Shown here: one piece after another, positions 1 to 13,191 of the stretch | Numbering within the stretch: position 1 is the stretch's first letter | How the letters are laid out: every line of letters starts with the position of its first letter | DNA from: Ptychomitrium polyphyllum | Lineage: Eukaryota | Assembly (NCBI GenBank): GCA_973851085.1 | Contig: OZ316775.1 | Coordinates: 19,158,001 to 19,222,000, forward strand | Direction of reading: 5' to 3' | Length of the DNA stretch: 64,000 nucleotides | Notes under the pieces: model-generated | Database searches by the model: none | What the model was told of the DNA's origin: nothing | The model's input: the letters and a program-made list of their open reading frames with translations, nothing else | Position numbers and translations under genes: made by a program

Positions 1-833
1 GGGAATTCCTGTGCTAGGTTTGGTGACGCAGCCTGCCATCTCCTTGCAATGTGCAGTCCATGTTCCGGCACTAGTATCGACGGGGAGTCTTCCGCTACCT
101 ACTCAATACATTTCGTCCCTTAATCCACATTACATGATTTCACTCCGTCCGACTTGGAGTGAGGAAGATCCTGCAAGGAGGCGCTCCACTAACATCAGAA
201 ACCCAACTCGGTTGTTTTCGTTTCGTTCAGGAGTGTAGCCACGATACTCGTGGAACAGATGCAGGAGTTCGCTCTGAGCCTAGGGATGAGTGAGCACGCG
301 TTCCTGTGGGTGATTCGATCGGACACCATCGACAAAATGTCCGAGCTGAACGAAGAACTCGAGTCATGTTCTCGGAGTTTGTAACACTAACCAGAGAGCC
401 CGCTTTCCTAGTGCCATGGGCGCCGCAGACAGTCGTCCTCTTGCACCCCTCGGTGGCTGCTTTCCTCACGCACTGCGGCTCGAACTCCACCATTGAAAGC
501 ATCGCAAGTGCCGTGCCCATGCTTGGATGTCCGAGATTCGCCGACCAAACTACGAACTGTCACTACATCGCGAATGTCTGGAAGTTTGGTCTTGAACTGC
601 AGGACCTTGGAGCGTCGGAGAATGGGAATCATTTCATCCTAAAGGAGGAAGTGGATCGGAAAGTGAAAAAGTTGATGGCAACCGAGGGAACGGACCTGGA
701 GGTTGATCACTTTTGGACCAACTTTAGAGAGTTCGAGGTGGCCACCAGGAAGGCAATTGCAAAAGGAGGGTCCTCACAATTAGCCCTGGCGTCGTTCGTG
801 CAACTGGTCCAGAGCTGGGGGACTAGACAATAA
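1..833 (+). pseudogene. UDP-glycosyltransferase (GT1 family) pseudogene, 5' end outside the window
   Basis: PSPG box WAPQTVVLLHPSVAAFLTHCGSNSTIESIASAVPMLGCPRFADQ and C-terminal GGSS motif lie in frame 3 (to the stop at 833). The preceding UGT segment QKPNSVVFVSFRSVATILVEQMQEFALSLGMSEHAFLWVIRSD is in frame 1 (193-384). The N-lobe segment GIPVLGLVTQPAISLQCAVHVPALVSTGSLPLP is in frame 2. This implies two frameshifts and an apparent internal deletion. HCGWNS reads HCGSNS and SFGS reads SFRS. Confidence 0.88.
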
Positions 834-1694
834 TACTATCAACCTTCTCAGCCACGTTTATAGAATTAGGTACATGGATGTACAAACAAGTATCAGGTCT
901 TAATATCTTATTTATCATGTTTGATCCGTTAGATCCAATTAAACAAGGAAAGGTGTGGAATTACAAGGTCAAGAAATGGACGGTTTTGGGACAACAGAAC
1001 CACACCTCTTCCAAGTCAGCATTCCTGTGGATTAGCTGACAACAATTTTGAGGTCACAAGAACGGAGGAAATTATATATGCAGTTACGTGTTACATTACA
1101 TACTGGAATGTACCTCCTTGTTGGTGATTATTTATAACATATTTCTGGACAACTGCCTAACAGTATTCACACTGTATTGCGTACCATGCATACCAAACTT
1201 CTTCCTTCCCAGCTCTGCATGACGGTACTCAGCCTCTTTCAAACATATGACAGTAGAGTACCGACGTAGTAGCAGGCTCAAATTCACCAATTAGCAGTCT
1301 TGCACTAGTGAATTGCCAAGAATATGATGAGTTTCCTGGGAACGCAAAAATGGACTCTGTCACTCCGATGTTAGCAATTCTAATTATTTATTAATATTTC
1401 CTTCTCAAGCAAAGCTCATTAATTTGCAAAAGTCAATTTAGTAGGTGAAGGAGAACCGCACATAGTAGACTAGCAGGGATATAGTGGATGATTGCACCTG
1501 TACATGCACTCGAAGATATAACCTGGGCAGTGGATCTATCTGGTTCATCTGTTCACCTTCATCACGATGACCTACGTTTCTGGTGCTATGTGTCGGTGAT
1601 GGTACAGTCATGCTACAGGACTGCGTCAACTAGAGCTGGGTCCTAGCTACCATGTTTTAACGGACTACGGCGTAACCTAGCAGCTTCTGCACCA

Positions 1695-2085
1695 GTGATA
1701 TTTTCTATAATATTTACCATTTTTGCCTCGCAGCCATCTAGTTTTTCCTGTCCTCATGCAACGTCTAGGCGACACTTGAGTATCGAACCCCAAAATTTCT
1801 GGTGCAAGGGATGGAGGAGTAAGGGAAACTCGGCTCCTCGAAGGCCACGCTCGTACTTACCATGGATGAATGAGGATACTGTCAAGGCTTATGGACATTT
1901 TGTTTGGGCTGACCCTCTCCATTGCGAAGACTGCCCAAGCCCAGGACATATTCTTGCTGTGCACCTTCCGTCTCCATCTCAGTCCTCCGCCTGCCGCCCA
2001 TCTGCTTCCTTCCTCGCCTCCTGAGCTCACCCCTCCCCGTCCGATTCTTCCTCCCCTGCTCTCCTGGATGCTCTTGGTCCTGTGA
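1695..2085 (+). pseudogene. Possible degenerate Gnk2/DUF26 (stress-antifungal) small secreted protein relic
   Basis: Hydrophobic N-terminus, then CNV*, TVKAYGHFV and TAQAQDIFLLCTFRLHLSP in different frames, then a Pro-rich linker and hydrophobic tail. The order resembles Gnk2 motifs. The match is weak. Confidence 0.3.
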
Positions 2086-3090
2086 GCACTGAGCACTACA
2101 AGTACAAATGACGAACAAATCAAATGCTTGGAGACCGATTCATATTCTTGTCGACGCATTGACGACGCGTGAGTTGAGCTCATAGGTACTGGTTGGAATC
2201 GCATCTTGCCTTGCATCGCTTGCTATGTATGAGCGTTATTTTGTCAACCAGTTCATAAGTAGAACAAAATAAAAATATCATGAGCAAATGCATCTCAATT
2301 TACTCGAATTTGGAAGTTCCCATTTGAACCGACGTCGTAGCCAAGCGGGGCCGTTCTTTCTGCATCGAGCATCATACACAACTAGAATAATATTCAGTTC
2401 AATAGGTGACGATCGCTACGAGAAAAGCTGCTGTCGATTATTGCCAACGTACCCTAACTATCATCAATGACTACAACTATATTAAAATTAGTATTTAGTG
2501 TTCCACTTCTAAACATCTTGCCACGATACTATATAAAGCACCGAACGAGAGTTGGCAATACTAAATATGAACAAGCTTTTGATTATGGTAACAAGGATTT
2601 CTATAGAATATTTATGAATAGCGTCACCTGTAAAGTTATTTATTACGACACTAAATAGTATATGAGTATAACTACCATTTCTGGTATAGTTTGTTGAATG
2701 GTTTCAACAAGGAAAAACCTTAAAACATCCATACACATTTACATTCAATCATGTGCTGAGCAGTTGGTCTTCTAGTCAAGTTTGTGTTTAGGGTGGCAGG
2801 TGAGCTTGAATGGTTCATTGGGTGGAAGGTCCTGTTTGCAAGTTCACAGAAGTTGAACTTCGTAATCACGCAATTAAACAGTTACTGGAAATTGTTGCAG
2901 TCAAGGCAACATTACATGTCTTTTTTACTATATACTGAAGGCAAGTTTGCAGTAAGTCATATCTTCTTTCTTACTTGTCGTAGCCAAAAACATAGCTGTC
3001 GATCGACTGAACCTGATGCCGCATGCCCTATGCTTATCAAAAATCTAATATACGAAACTCAGCTCTTCCTGTGATGCGTACATTGTAACC

Positions 3091-3720
3091 TCACCCACTC
3101 GCAGCAAGACAAAATATCAAATGACTTGGGCACAATATAAGCAGCACAACATTGAAGATCACAACAAACAGCTGCAAGTAAAGCTGGCTGCAAGGTAGCG
3201 GAGGTGGTTCACGGTTGTCCGCGCAGTGCAGGGGAAGTAGTCCATATAGCACACGACAGGGGCACTTGACGGCCACAGAAGTAGGTATAGGGTCTCAGTG
3301 CGAGCTGCACGGAGCAACTTAGTGTTCAGCTCATCTGGTAAAGGTACGAGTGTAGGAGTATCCTTTCATAGCGTTCTCGATGCAACCTGTGCAATCACTC
3401 CGCAAGTGTCGGGCGAAGTACGTCTTAGCTACAAAGAAATTGGTCTTGTCATGAGCCACTTCTATCGGTAGCCACATACTTTGGCACAGTCCGGTTCAAG
3501 TAGCCAACTAAGTGAATTACACTAGGGAATTTACTCACTCCCTTGAATACTTTCTTACTTAGTCGGGTAGTCTCCACCTTGCAGATGTCGGCGCCGAGCC
3601 ATTGTTGCAGTTTCGGAAACAAGGCACTTGCACACCACAAAGGCAGAGAGAAATGTTCATGAAGTTAACCAGGGGAGTGATTGGTAACGATTGCTGGAGT
3701 ACCGCAAGAAAGAAAGTCGA
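3091..3720 (-). pseudogene. Possible degenerate Gnk2/DUF26-like relic
   Basis: Hand translation across frames gives ICKVE...HLVGYLNRTVPKYVATD / FVAKTYFARHLRSDCTGCIENAMKGY / LSCSVQLALRPYTYF, then a hydrophobic tail LQLFVVIFNVVLLILC. It contains stops and frameshifts. Confidence 0.3.
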
Positions 3721-5688
3721 CGTGGAGTTGCCATGTGAAAGCTCAACTTGAAGTAGATTGAGAGGCTGAGAAAAGGGAAGCCGTAGCGTTACGGAAAAAA
3801 CTCGCAAGGAAGAAACAGAGTTACAAGATTCAGGGATGAGTTACATGTGTGACTACACCGCATATGAGTCCCTCTGTAACTTCAATGTGGACTGATGTCA
3901 CCATGTCTCTTCTGAGGCGACGTTCTCTCGTCTGTACGTTGTTAGTGGAATCCAGCTGAAGATTCAAGATGTGCAAGTGCTGATGTAGCCCATATTTCTT
4001 CTGATCAGGGTGATGAAAGATTTGGTGGAGATGGATGATTGATTGCAAGCAGAGAATGTGTATATTAGCACCACCTTTTCATTACTTCACTTAATCGTAC
4101 CCCATTGTTCTACTACTACCTTTTTCATTCTCAACAACAATCATTTTCAAGTCTTAGTACCACTAACAAAATATAATTTACACTACGCACTCTATTCTAA
4201 CTTACTCTATTCTAAACCACTTCTGTTTCACTCATTTCCCACCAAACTCCATTTCTGCTGGTTTTTTAAGGTGCTCTTGTCTTTTTGCAGCCAATAGCAT
4301 TTAGAGAATGATCATTCTGGACTGTTCTACCTCATACCAGTTCCCATTCATTCAACATTCGAAGTCCCTGGTAGCAACCTACCACTCATTAGTTTCCAAT
4401 ACAAGGGAGCACTTACTTCTACCATACAAATAACCTCACGAACGTCAAGGAGGAGCAAAGCCGCATGTACACCACCACCTACAGCACTTCAAACTTACAC
4501 AAGTCCATAAAGCCACAACATGCCTGTAAGATGGTACACTGTAGGGTTCATGACCCTTTTATCATGCATGGTAACTTCTCCAACCACTACCTACGTGCTA
4601 CCAATGTGTTGTCTAGATCTGACATAAGACCAAAACAACGTATTAACATCTTATAATTGTATACTACAAAACTATACCCCTACATCACCTAACCATCAAC
4701 TAATCCGGTAAAGAATCTTTCGAAATTATCATCCATCGTCTTAGAGTCACATGCACCTGTTTCTATAGCGAAGGAATACCGAGCACAAGCGTTAACGAGA
4801 ATAAACACCGAGTATCACGAGCCCAAAACGACTAAGTAAAGACTCTCCAAATAGGTTCTAATGAGAATCAACCAACACCTCGACTTCCCATCAACTGCAA
4901 CTGCATTCTGATACACGAACCACCTAATCTCCAACGAGCATCAACGAAGTACTCCTCCGAGCCGCGGACGTTTCACATGGCGCCCCCCAAGATACTCCTA
5001 CCGTACTCCTATGATACCCGTACCCTACCCTGCAACACACACCAAAGATCCAAGCGCTCATCTTGCATATTCCGCACTAACTCCCGTGTGAGCACCTCCA
5101 GGATCGTCCACTCCACTCTGGCGTTGCCGCCATGGCGTGAGGCGCTCTTCGTGCCATCTTCTCCGACCCTGCGGTCCTCCGAGCCTGCTCCCAGGGTGTT
5201 GGCCCTGCGCAGTCGCTGCAGACAACCAGGCACGTCGCACAGCAAGCAGCGTCGCCGGAGTTGCATCACCAGTCGATGACGAGTCCGTGACTGCTCTTCA
5301 GCAGCTTCCGGGTTGGCCGTGGCAGAGTACATGTGCGGTTGTGGGGAGTTCGGAGGCCGGGAGAGTTTTTGAGGTCCCAGGTGGATGTGCTGGCTGGGCG
5401 TGAGGTTGGGTGGAAGGTGACGGGGTTTTGAGGTGTAGGATCGCGGGCTTTGCTGGTGGAGGAGGGCGGAGCGAGACGCCGGGTGTGGAGGGCAGATGCG
5501 AGCCCTAGGGTGAGGGACAGAGGGGTGGGAGACGCGGTCGCATCTGGAGGTTGTGGTTGGTTGTGAGCGGGGCTGCGGGAATTGCAGAGTGGGAGCGGGG
5601 GTGATACAGGGGCGCTGCGGGGTTGAGGGTTTTGTGTAGGTGGAGTGGGGAGGATTTCGGAGAGGGCGAGGTGGTTGGTGCGGTGAAG

Positions 5689-8600
5689 ATGGTGAAGGAC
5701 ACGGGGTACTATGAGGTGTTGGAGGTGCGGCCGGATGCTACGGCGTCGGACATCAAGAAGGCGTATTATCTGAAGGTACGGTGGAGTGATCCCTGGCTCG
5801 GGTGTTCTGTCGTGTCGCGTTCCGGAAATGCTGTGTGTTTGGGCGGGGATCCGACCTCATGCATCTGCATGAGGTGGATTGTTTCCGTGACGAGCGACTT
5901 CCGGTGCCCCGAGACAGACGCCCGAGCGCGCCTCGGACGATGTGGAAGCTGTTTTGGAAGAGACGGAGGTACAGAGACCCAGTGGTTGGACCGGCAGTGG
6001 ATGATAGGTGTGACCTAATTGCTTGAGAAGTAGGATTGTCCTGTTTGCACAAACGGAACCCGCAGGTAAGGGCCTGTGCGTGTTCCTGTGGTTGACGTCC
6101 GCCCTGGGTGATGCACCTTCCATTGACGTATCTGGCCGCTGAGGGAAGGTAGACGAGCGACACGGGACGCCTAGCTACGTCGCGTGGTGAACGCAGGAGA
6201 CGGTGGGCAGGTTTGGTAGTGTACGCAGCAGATGGTGACGAGGATGACTAATGTGCGTGTTTGTGGTTTTGCAACTGCAGGCAAGGGTGGTCCACCCCGA
6301 CAAGAACCCGAACAACCCCGAGGCGGCGCATAATTTTCAGGTTGGTGCAGATGTCACATCCATCCCGTCTGGGAACGTGCCGTGGGAGTGTCTGGGAGGG
6401 TGGCTCGCGTGGAGTTGTTTGAGTGTGGGCTCTGACGATGTGTTGCTTGCTTCGTCGTGGCGGCGGTAGGAATTGAGGGATTTTCCTGTGCACGTGGTGG
6501 GTGGACGTGTTGGGTGGTGTTGAACGGCACGGCGCTGTGGTGTGCAGGTATTGGGAGAAGCGTACCAAATACTGAGCGATCCGCAGAAACGAGAATGCTA
6601 TGACAAATACGGGAAGCAGAGCGTGTCACAGTACGGTCTCTGGACTCTGGATGCAGTGTGGTTGGGTGGATGTTGACGATCTTTGCAGTCTGCGGCGCTG
6701 GTAGCAGTAGGAGTCTCTGGTTGAGATGAGAGAGTGAGGAAGTGGTGAAGTGACGACTTTGCAGACTGGGTGTGGGCTGGGCCTTACACATGTCGGTGGG
6801 GGCTGTGCAGAGATGCAATGGTGGATGCGGCTGCGGTGTTCGGAATGCTGTTCGGGAGCGATGCTTTCCACGACTACGTGGGTCAGGTACGCAGGGTGGA
6901 ACGGCGTGATGGGAGTGTGATGTAGGGGAGTCCGCATTGAGCGTTGCGGCGGAGGAAGGGCAGTTGTGGTGGCGTGGTGTATAGTGGGCGGTGTCCGTCG
7001 ATTGCGTGGTGCGGCCTGTCGGGAGACGGAAGTGCAGAGCCCGGAGAGGGTAGGGTGGTGTGCGTGGAGAGCAGGACGCCTTGCAGGTGCTAAGTGCAGT
7101 TGTGTGTGTACCCGTGCAGCTGGCGATGGCGTCGATGGCGTCGATGGATACCGGCGTGGACGGGCAGCCCGTGGACATGAAAGAAGCCCAAGTGAAGTTT
7201 AAGGTCGAATGAATCCTGACAAAGTGGTAGTTGTGGTGAAGCTGGGTGAATGTTGAAAGCTGCGATGGATTGAGAGAGTAGCGAGGGTGAGAGGGGGTCG
7301 TGTAGGATGGGTTGCATTGAGGTGACGTTTGTCGGAGGGGTAGCGGGAAGACGTGGTGGGTAACAGTCGGTGGGGTAGCGTATTCAGGAAGGACAAAAGG
7401 AGAGGGAAGGCGAGCTGGCGGGTCTTCTGCGCGAGCGGATCGAGCGGTACGTGAAAGGTGACAAGGCGGGGTTTGCGAGCTGGGCTGAGGAGGAAGGTCA
7501 TCAACTTGCAGAAGCCGGTGAGTAGATACGGAGAGGCAGCGGGGTTGAGCGGGTGGTGGTTTGATGACGGTGATCTGTGTTCGGTGTGGTCGATGCAGTG
7601 CGGCGTGAGTGGACGCAGTCAATGTGGTGTGAGATAAGCGTGTAGGGGAGTTTCCAGGGATGCATGGGGGCGTTTCGAGTTTAGTAAAGGTTGCGTTGCA
7701 TTGCTTTTATGATCGAGTGCTTTTCCTGATGTCATTTTTCAAGGTTCAGAGTGAGATAGCTTTATTCTTACTAAGTGTGAGAATTAGATTCAGGTTTGTG
7801 GGTTCTTCTGTCAATGGCCATGATATGGGGTATGTTAATGACATGCTTGGGTTGAGTTCGGAACACCCTGGAGGCTGTTTTTTTGCTAGCGCCATTCTAT
7901 AAGCAGAGTACATGTATATGTAAATGTTAATAGCTGAAGGTAGCAATTCTAGCACAATCTGAGCCGTTGAGCGGTGGGCTTTGCAGCTTTTGGGGAGGCA
8001 ATGCTACACACCATTGGATATATCTATGCGAGACAAGCGGCAAAGGAGATGGGCAAGAATATATATTATCTGGGTGTTCCGTTTCTAACTGAATGGGTTC
8101 GCGACAAAGGACACTTCATCAAATCTCAAGTTACTGCTGCTGCTGGTAAATTTTTTATGCCATTGGGAGGCTTGCGTATAGAGAATAACATATGCGTTTA
8201 TCTCTGTGCCAGCGACTAGTGCCGTGACTAATATAATAGAGCGTTGTGTTACGTCGTTGTTCTCACGACACCACGAAGTTTGGATGTTACAACTATGATG
8301 TGTCTTGGCAGCTGTCGTAAATTGGTAGGCGGTCTGGGTTGGAAACTGAAATACTTTAATTTAATCTGTTAGAAACAGTGGAGTGGGTCAGATAAGTGTA
8401 GCGAGAGGTGATGGAATCCTGGCTGGTGGAGTTGTCTTGGCAGGCGCAATTCAATTGATGCAAATGCAGGAAGACATGAAGAAGCAGTTAGAGGCGGGTG
8501 ATGGCAGCGGAGAAGAGGCGATCGAGAGTTACTTGGAATCGAAGCAGAAAATGATGTTGGACTCGCTGTGGAAGCTGAATGTTGCCGATATTGAACTGAC

Positions 8601-10111
8601 GTTGTCACATGTTTGCCAAGCGGTATGGTTGCTCCCCATATGTTTGTACTTTGAATTGTAGGTTTTACTTTAATGGCTTCGTTTAATTTAGTTAGAGGTT
8701 TCGGACTCTTTGGTCGATTGGAGTATGTTTTGGGGTGGCTGTATTTTCAAGCAGTCGAGGTGTTACTTAGCGGATAATAGTAATAGTAGAAATGAATAGT
8801 GCGCCTCGAGCACCCAATGCATACTGTGTAGTGCAAGCGTCTCATGTTAGTTCTGATTATGCATCGTTGAATGTCAAGTATACATTTTTTATATTGCATG
8901 AGGATTCTTGTGCATGTGCACCATTGTATAGGTGCTACGAGAATCAGGTGTTAAGAAAGATGTGCTGCGGCAGAGGGCAAAAGCGCTGAAGAAAATGGGG
9001 ACTATATTCCAGGTAGATTTTGGCATGATGCTTTTGCGTACAGACGGTTTACTGTTTTACTGATAGTTGATGGGCAGGTTCTACGTGACCAAAAATGTGT
9101 TCGTTAAACGTGGGAGTCCTTGTTCTCGAAGCACGCATAGAGTAGGCAGATGACGAGAAGTCACTTGGAAGAGGTTTCCGTTTGGAGTATTGAAAATGAT
9201 TTTGTGGTTTGATGTATCAGAGTGTAAAAAGGTTCTCGAGAGACTACAGCTTGCGCCAGAAAGATGAAAAACTTGCTGAGTCGGTGGACCCTTCAAAAGT
9301 TGAACCAGAGCTAAAGCCATTTAGTCAGGCTAGCAGAGCTAGTGTCAAGCAGGTTGGTGATTGTTTTTCTCAGTTTTCTTTTACTGTTATTCTGCATCAA
9401 CTGGGTTTAATTCTGTTGAATCTTACTTTTCTAACGCTGTAATTGTCACCGTATCCTGGTTTCTTGCCGGACAACCATGGTTGGAAATGGGTCTAAGTTT
9501 TGGCTTGGTCTGAGTCACAATAATGAGAAATGGTGGTAATCACTGAATGAAAGGGGGCCATGTCGTAATCTTTATGGTGAGGTTAGGGATTTCGGCAAGA
9601 ACACAGGCTGGGATAAAAGTGGCACTCGTCTCCTGCTAATTTGCTATTTAACGGTTCTAATTGAAAAAAAATCTTTTTTGAGTTAATTGACTGGTAAATT
9701 TTACCCATTGTCATCATCTCATTGTAAATATGATGTGGCATTTTATAAATGACAAATTTAATGTTTGTTGAATTTTATATTTAATAAATTAGGAAAATTT
9801 GCATATTTTCATAATTGTTAGTGAATGCAAAGAAATATAAATTCATGTTTTGACTAACACTAACAATGGTGTGTATTGTGTGAAAATATTTATACCTCTT
9901 GGACCCCATTGTACACATCAGAAATTATCTGAGAGATTCGGTCTGCTGGATTGGCATGTTGCAGGACAAATCAAGGCTTTTGCATAGGAAAAGAGAGTAT
10001 TCGGGAAAAGGTTGCGTGTGTTAATTGTGACACCTTCATTCTTCACTCTTTCTGATCAGATTTTTTCCGGTGGATGTCCAGGCTTCAGGATCTACCATGA
10101 AACAAACGTGA
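5689..10111 (+). CDS. DnaJ (J-domain + DNAJ-X domain) co-chaperone, chaperone protein dnaJ 10-like; 11 exons, ~366 aa
   Basis: Exons 5689-5775, 6281-6340, 6548-6630, 6811-6886, 7120-7203, 7388-7517, 7987-8145, 8444-8622, 8932-9012, 9221-9352 and 10082-10111 join in frame with GT-AG sites. Motifs: [11 protein letters not shown]...[18 protein letters not shown] (HPD), [50 protein letters not shown]. The last short exon is less certain. Confidence 0.95.
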
Positions 10112-11904
10112 GACCTTGCTGGATTCTTTACCTGGTGTTCTGATCTCTCGTTTGTATTCATCAAGGGGCAGTATCTGCAATCCAGATTTGCAATCCAGGT
10201 TCACATGGTGGAGCAAGTGCTCAGGTAGCCTGAAGCTCATATCTTCTTTTCCGTGAAAGATAGCTCTTTTTTACTGTTGATCTTTTCATCATTTGCGGCA
10301 TCTGTACGATCATTGGCTGGCGTCTTGGAGCTTTAAAGAGTCCTAAAAAGAGCTTTTTAGGATTCTCTGCCTGTCATTGAGGTCACTCATGCATTCGTTA
10401 TTTGGTCATGCATTGTGACGTTGTAGTTTTAAGTGATAGGAAATTTCTTGATGATTAGATCGTATTTCCTTTATGGGTATTTATTTGCAGAGGTCATTCT
10501 TTAATTCATTCTTATCAAATTGTCTTAATTTGATTTGTATTAGTGGTGTATCTAGAAGGTTAGTTATATCAGTGCTGTCCGCAACTTTATTGCTCATTGG
10601 TTTAGATCGTAATTGCCAATTATCTCATTTGGCCTTGTACCAAGAATTGTGAAGGTATTTCTGTAAGTTTCAGTTGTTCCGATTGTCTGCCAATTGTACT
10701 ACTAAGAACAGGAAGTGCTTTTATACAGAATGAACACGTCCTGAATCTTTTTGACTGGGTGATGAATGTGGTGAGATACCAAGAGACCTGGCTGATGCAA
10801 CTGCCTCATGATCCCTTTATTCTGTGCTGTTTAACAGGGACAATGGGATAGGGTTCAGGCCAAAAAGCTGAATGAAGAGAGGTGATTAACAACCTGTCAC
10901 AGCCTTGTTGTCTTGCTGATGGCTTCATTGACAACCTGCAATTAAATTACAAAACAAAGTTTATGCAACTAACAGTTACTCCGAACATTCAAGTGTTCAC
11001 ATAATCGAAAATATGAAACCTGTAGCTTAGTATGTGAGGTGAATAGTGCTCTAATCAGTTTACGAAGTTGGTGAAAGAAACTTCTCATTCCGCTAACGTT
11101 ACCTATCTGGCAGTACTTTAAATTAAACGTGAATTCGTCTTCGAAAATCCTCCAAGGCGAAGTTCTTCTGGATCGGTTTCTAACCTATGAAGATATCTCT
11201 AATCGTTGCTTCTACATCTTCCCGTCGAAGACGTGCTTCACTTTGTCAAATCATTGCTTCCCACTTCACATATTTGAAAGAGACCACTAAAACGAATGAG
11301 CAGATTCTTCTTGCAACTAGGGAATAGTTGCTACTGAATTGTTTTTATAATTGGGAATTAAAAAGTACTCCCACTTTTAAACTACAACCTTGAATCCTCT
11401 ACGCCATTGCACCTATCGTCTGCATGATATGTAACGTAAATAAATTTGTGAATGCACCTTCTGTTCAGGGAAGACTTTCCTGCACTTAAATTAGTTTATT
11501 TCGATATCATATGAATATGGCATAAATTTGTTGGAAGCCACAAAGTACATGAATTACATCATGAAGGCTTGAATCCTCATGTTGTCATTGAAGGTGGTAC
11601 ATTGTATTTTTGCTATTGATTCTACTTCTCTTCATTTTACATCACATGAATTCAATACTTTCAATTGCAATCTTGACTTTTAATATGCATTGAATTTGCT
11701 CTTAACAATTATACAATTTAAATAGCTTCAAAGAATATCGAAGTGTTAAGGTGCTAAATGTTGATTTTTAAAAACCATTGAAGAAAGTTATAATATTTTG
11801 AGGTTTTAACATATAAATTATAAAATCATTAATATTTGTCTTCCTATTTTCATAAAATAAATTAAAGCAAAATCTAACTCCTTACTAAATTGTCTATATG
11901 AAAC

Positions 11905-11990
11905 TTACTAATGTAAAAACAATTAAACTATGGTTACTAATGTAAAAACAATTAAACTATGGTTACTAATGTAAAAACAATTAAACTAGG
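11905..11990. repeat. 29-bp tandem repeat x3 (ttactaatgtaaaaacaattaaactatgg)
   Basis: Two identical copies and a near-complete third, read directly in an AT-rich spacer. Confidence 0.95.
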
Positions 11991-13191
11991 AAAATCAATG
12001 AGGTAAACAAAGGTAAACAAAGTAAAAATATTAAATAAGTCAAAATGGTCATTAAAGCAAAAGAATACATAGTCATGGTAGACACATTTGGCAAGGCAAA
12101 TAAACTATTAATTGAATGTCCTGTGCACACAAACGAAATTCGCTTGAAAAGAGAGGGAAGAAAAGCTTCAACAAACTAAACCCCACAGAAACAGTTCGAT
12201 GTCCGCACACAGGCATCCCGTGCTCACCTTGTTTGAGCCAGCGGCGTCATGAGGAAAAATCGAAACCTCATAATTTTGTATGAGATTGGTGCCACACAAC
12301 AATGCACTCGGTGTAGTATTGAAGGTCGATGAGTCTAAGTGCTGCTAGTAGAACGATAAACTACAATGTTTACTGTAGAAATGCGAGAAGAGATTACAGG
12401 GCAATGGAGAGGCAATCGTGGCCGCCACTAGAGTTCCGATTTCTCTGTTGAGCAAGACCAAACTAACAGTTACGACACGGCAAGATATTTCTGAGATAAG
12501 ACCAAACGAGATGATGGTGGACATAAATTTTCATGCCTTTGAACCTAAACATGATGACAGGGCTGATTAGTTGATAAGCTGAAGTAAATCTAGGGCTATA
12601 CTGCAGATTTACTAAACCTTGTAGAAATCATCATCAATAACTTGAGCAACAAGGCGGAAAGAAACTGCCGACTCAGATATTCCTGCTACGAGGCTGAACG
12701 AACTTTACACCCCATGAAGAAAATAATAAATTGCAGTATCAATCTAGCCTAGCAAAAAGCGAACCTGCAGAACGAAAATATGATGACATGAACTTCTATC
12801 CTTAACTAAAACCCGCTTCAAGAACTGCTTGGGCCCCAAACCTCCAAACATCTAGCCAAGCGTGGTATCTCGAGCCCAGCAGTCGCCCAGTAAGAAACTA
12901 ACCTGTTTCTACCAAGATTGACTACCAGTCCTTGTTATTGCTTTGCATGTAATGTCTATAGTTTGAAAAGCTGATAAGTTTGAAAAGGATCCTACATCAT
13001 AAATCTTCGACCTTGTTGTCCTTGCCAACTTGGTTGCCAGACCGTGAAAAATTCCCCACAAATTTCTTTAAGCCCTGGAAAGCCAGAGAAAGGAGGTCAA
13101 AAGAGAATTTAAGTTGTTTCTATTTCGTCTTTCAACTAAAAAGATTCCTTCATATCACAACATCGGAGGTTGATATCACTCAGCCACTGGC

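Noticed and set aside
4977..5403. Overlapping ~100-aa ORFs upstream of DnaJ
   Set aside because: GC-rich promoter region with no homology cues.
6354..7622. 422-aa minus-strand ORF rich in Pro/His/Thr
   Set aside because: It is antisense to DnaJ exons and G-rich introns. The lack of stops follows from base skew, and it has no domain.
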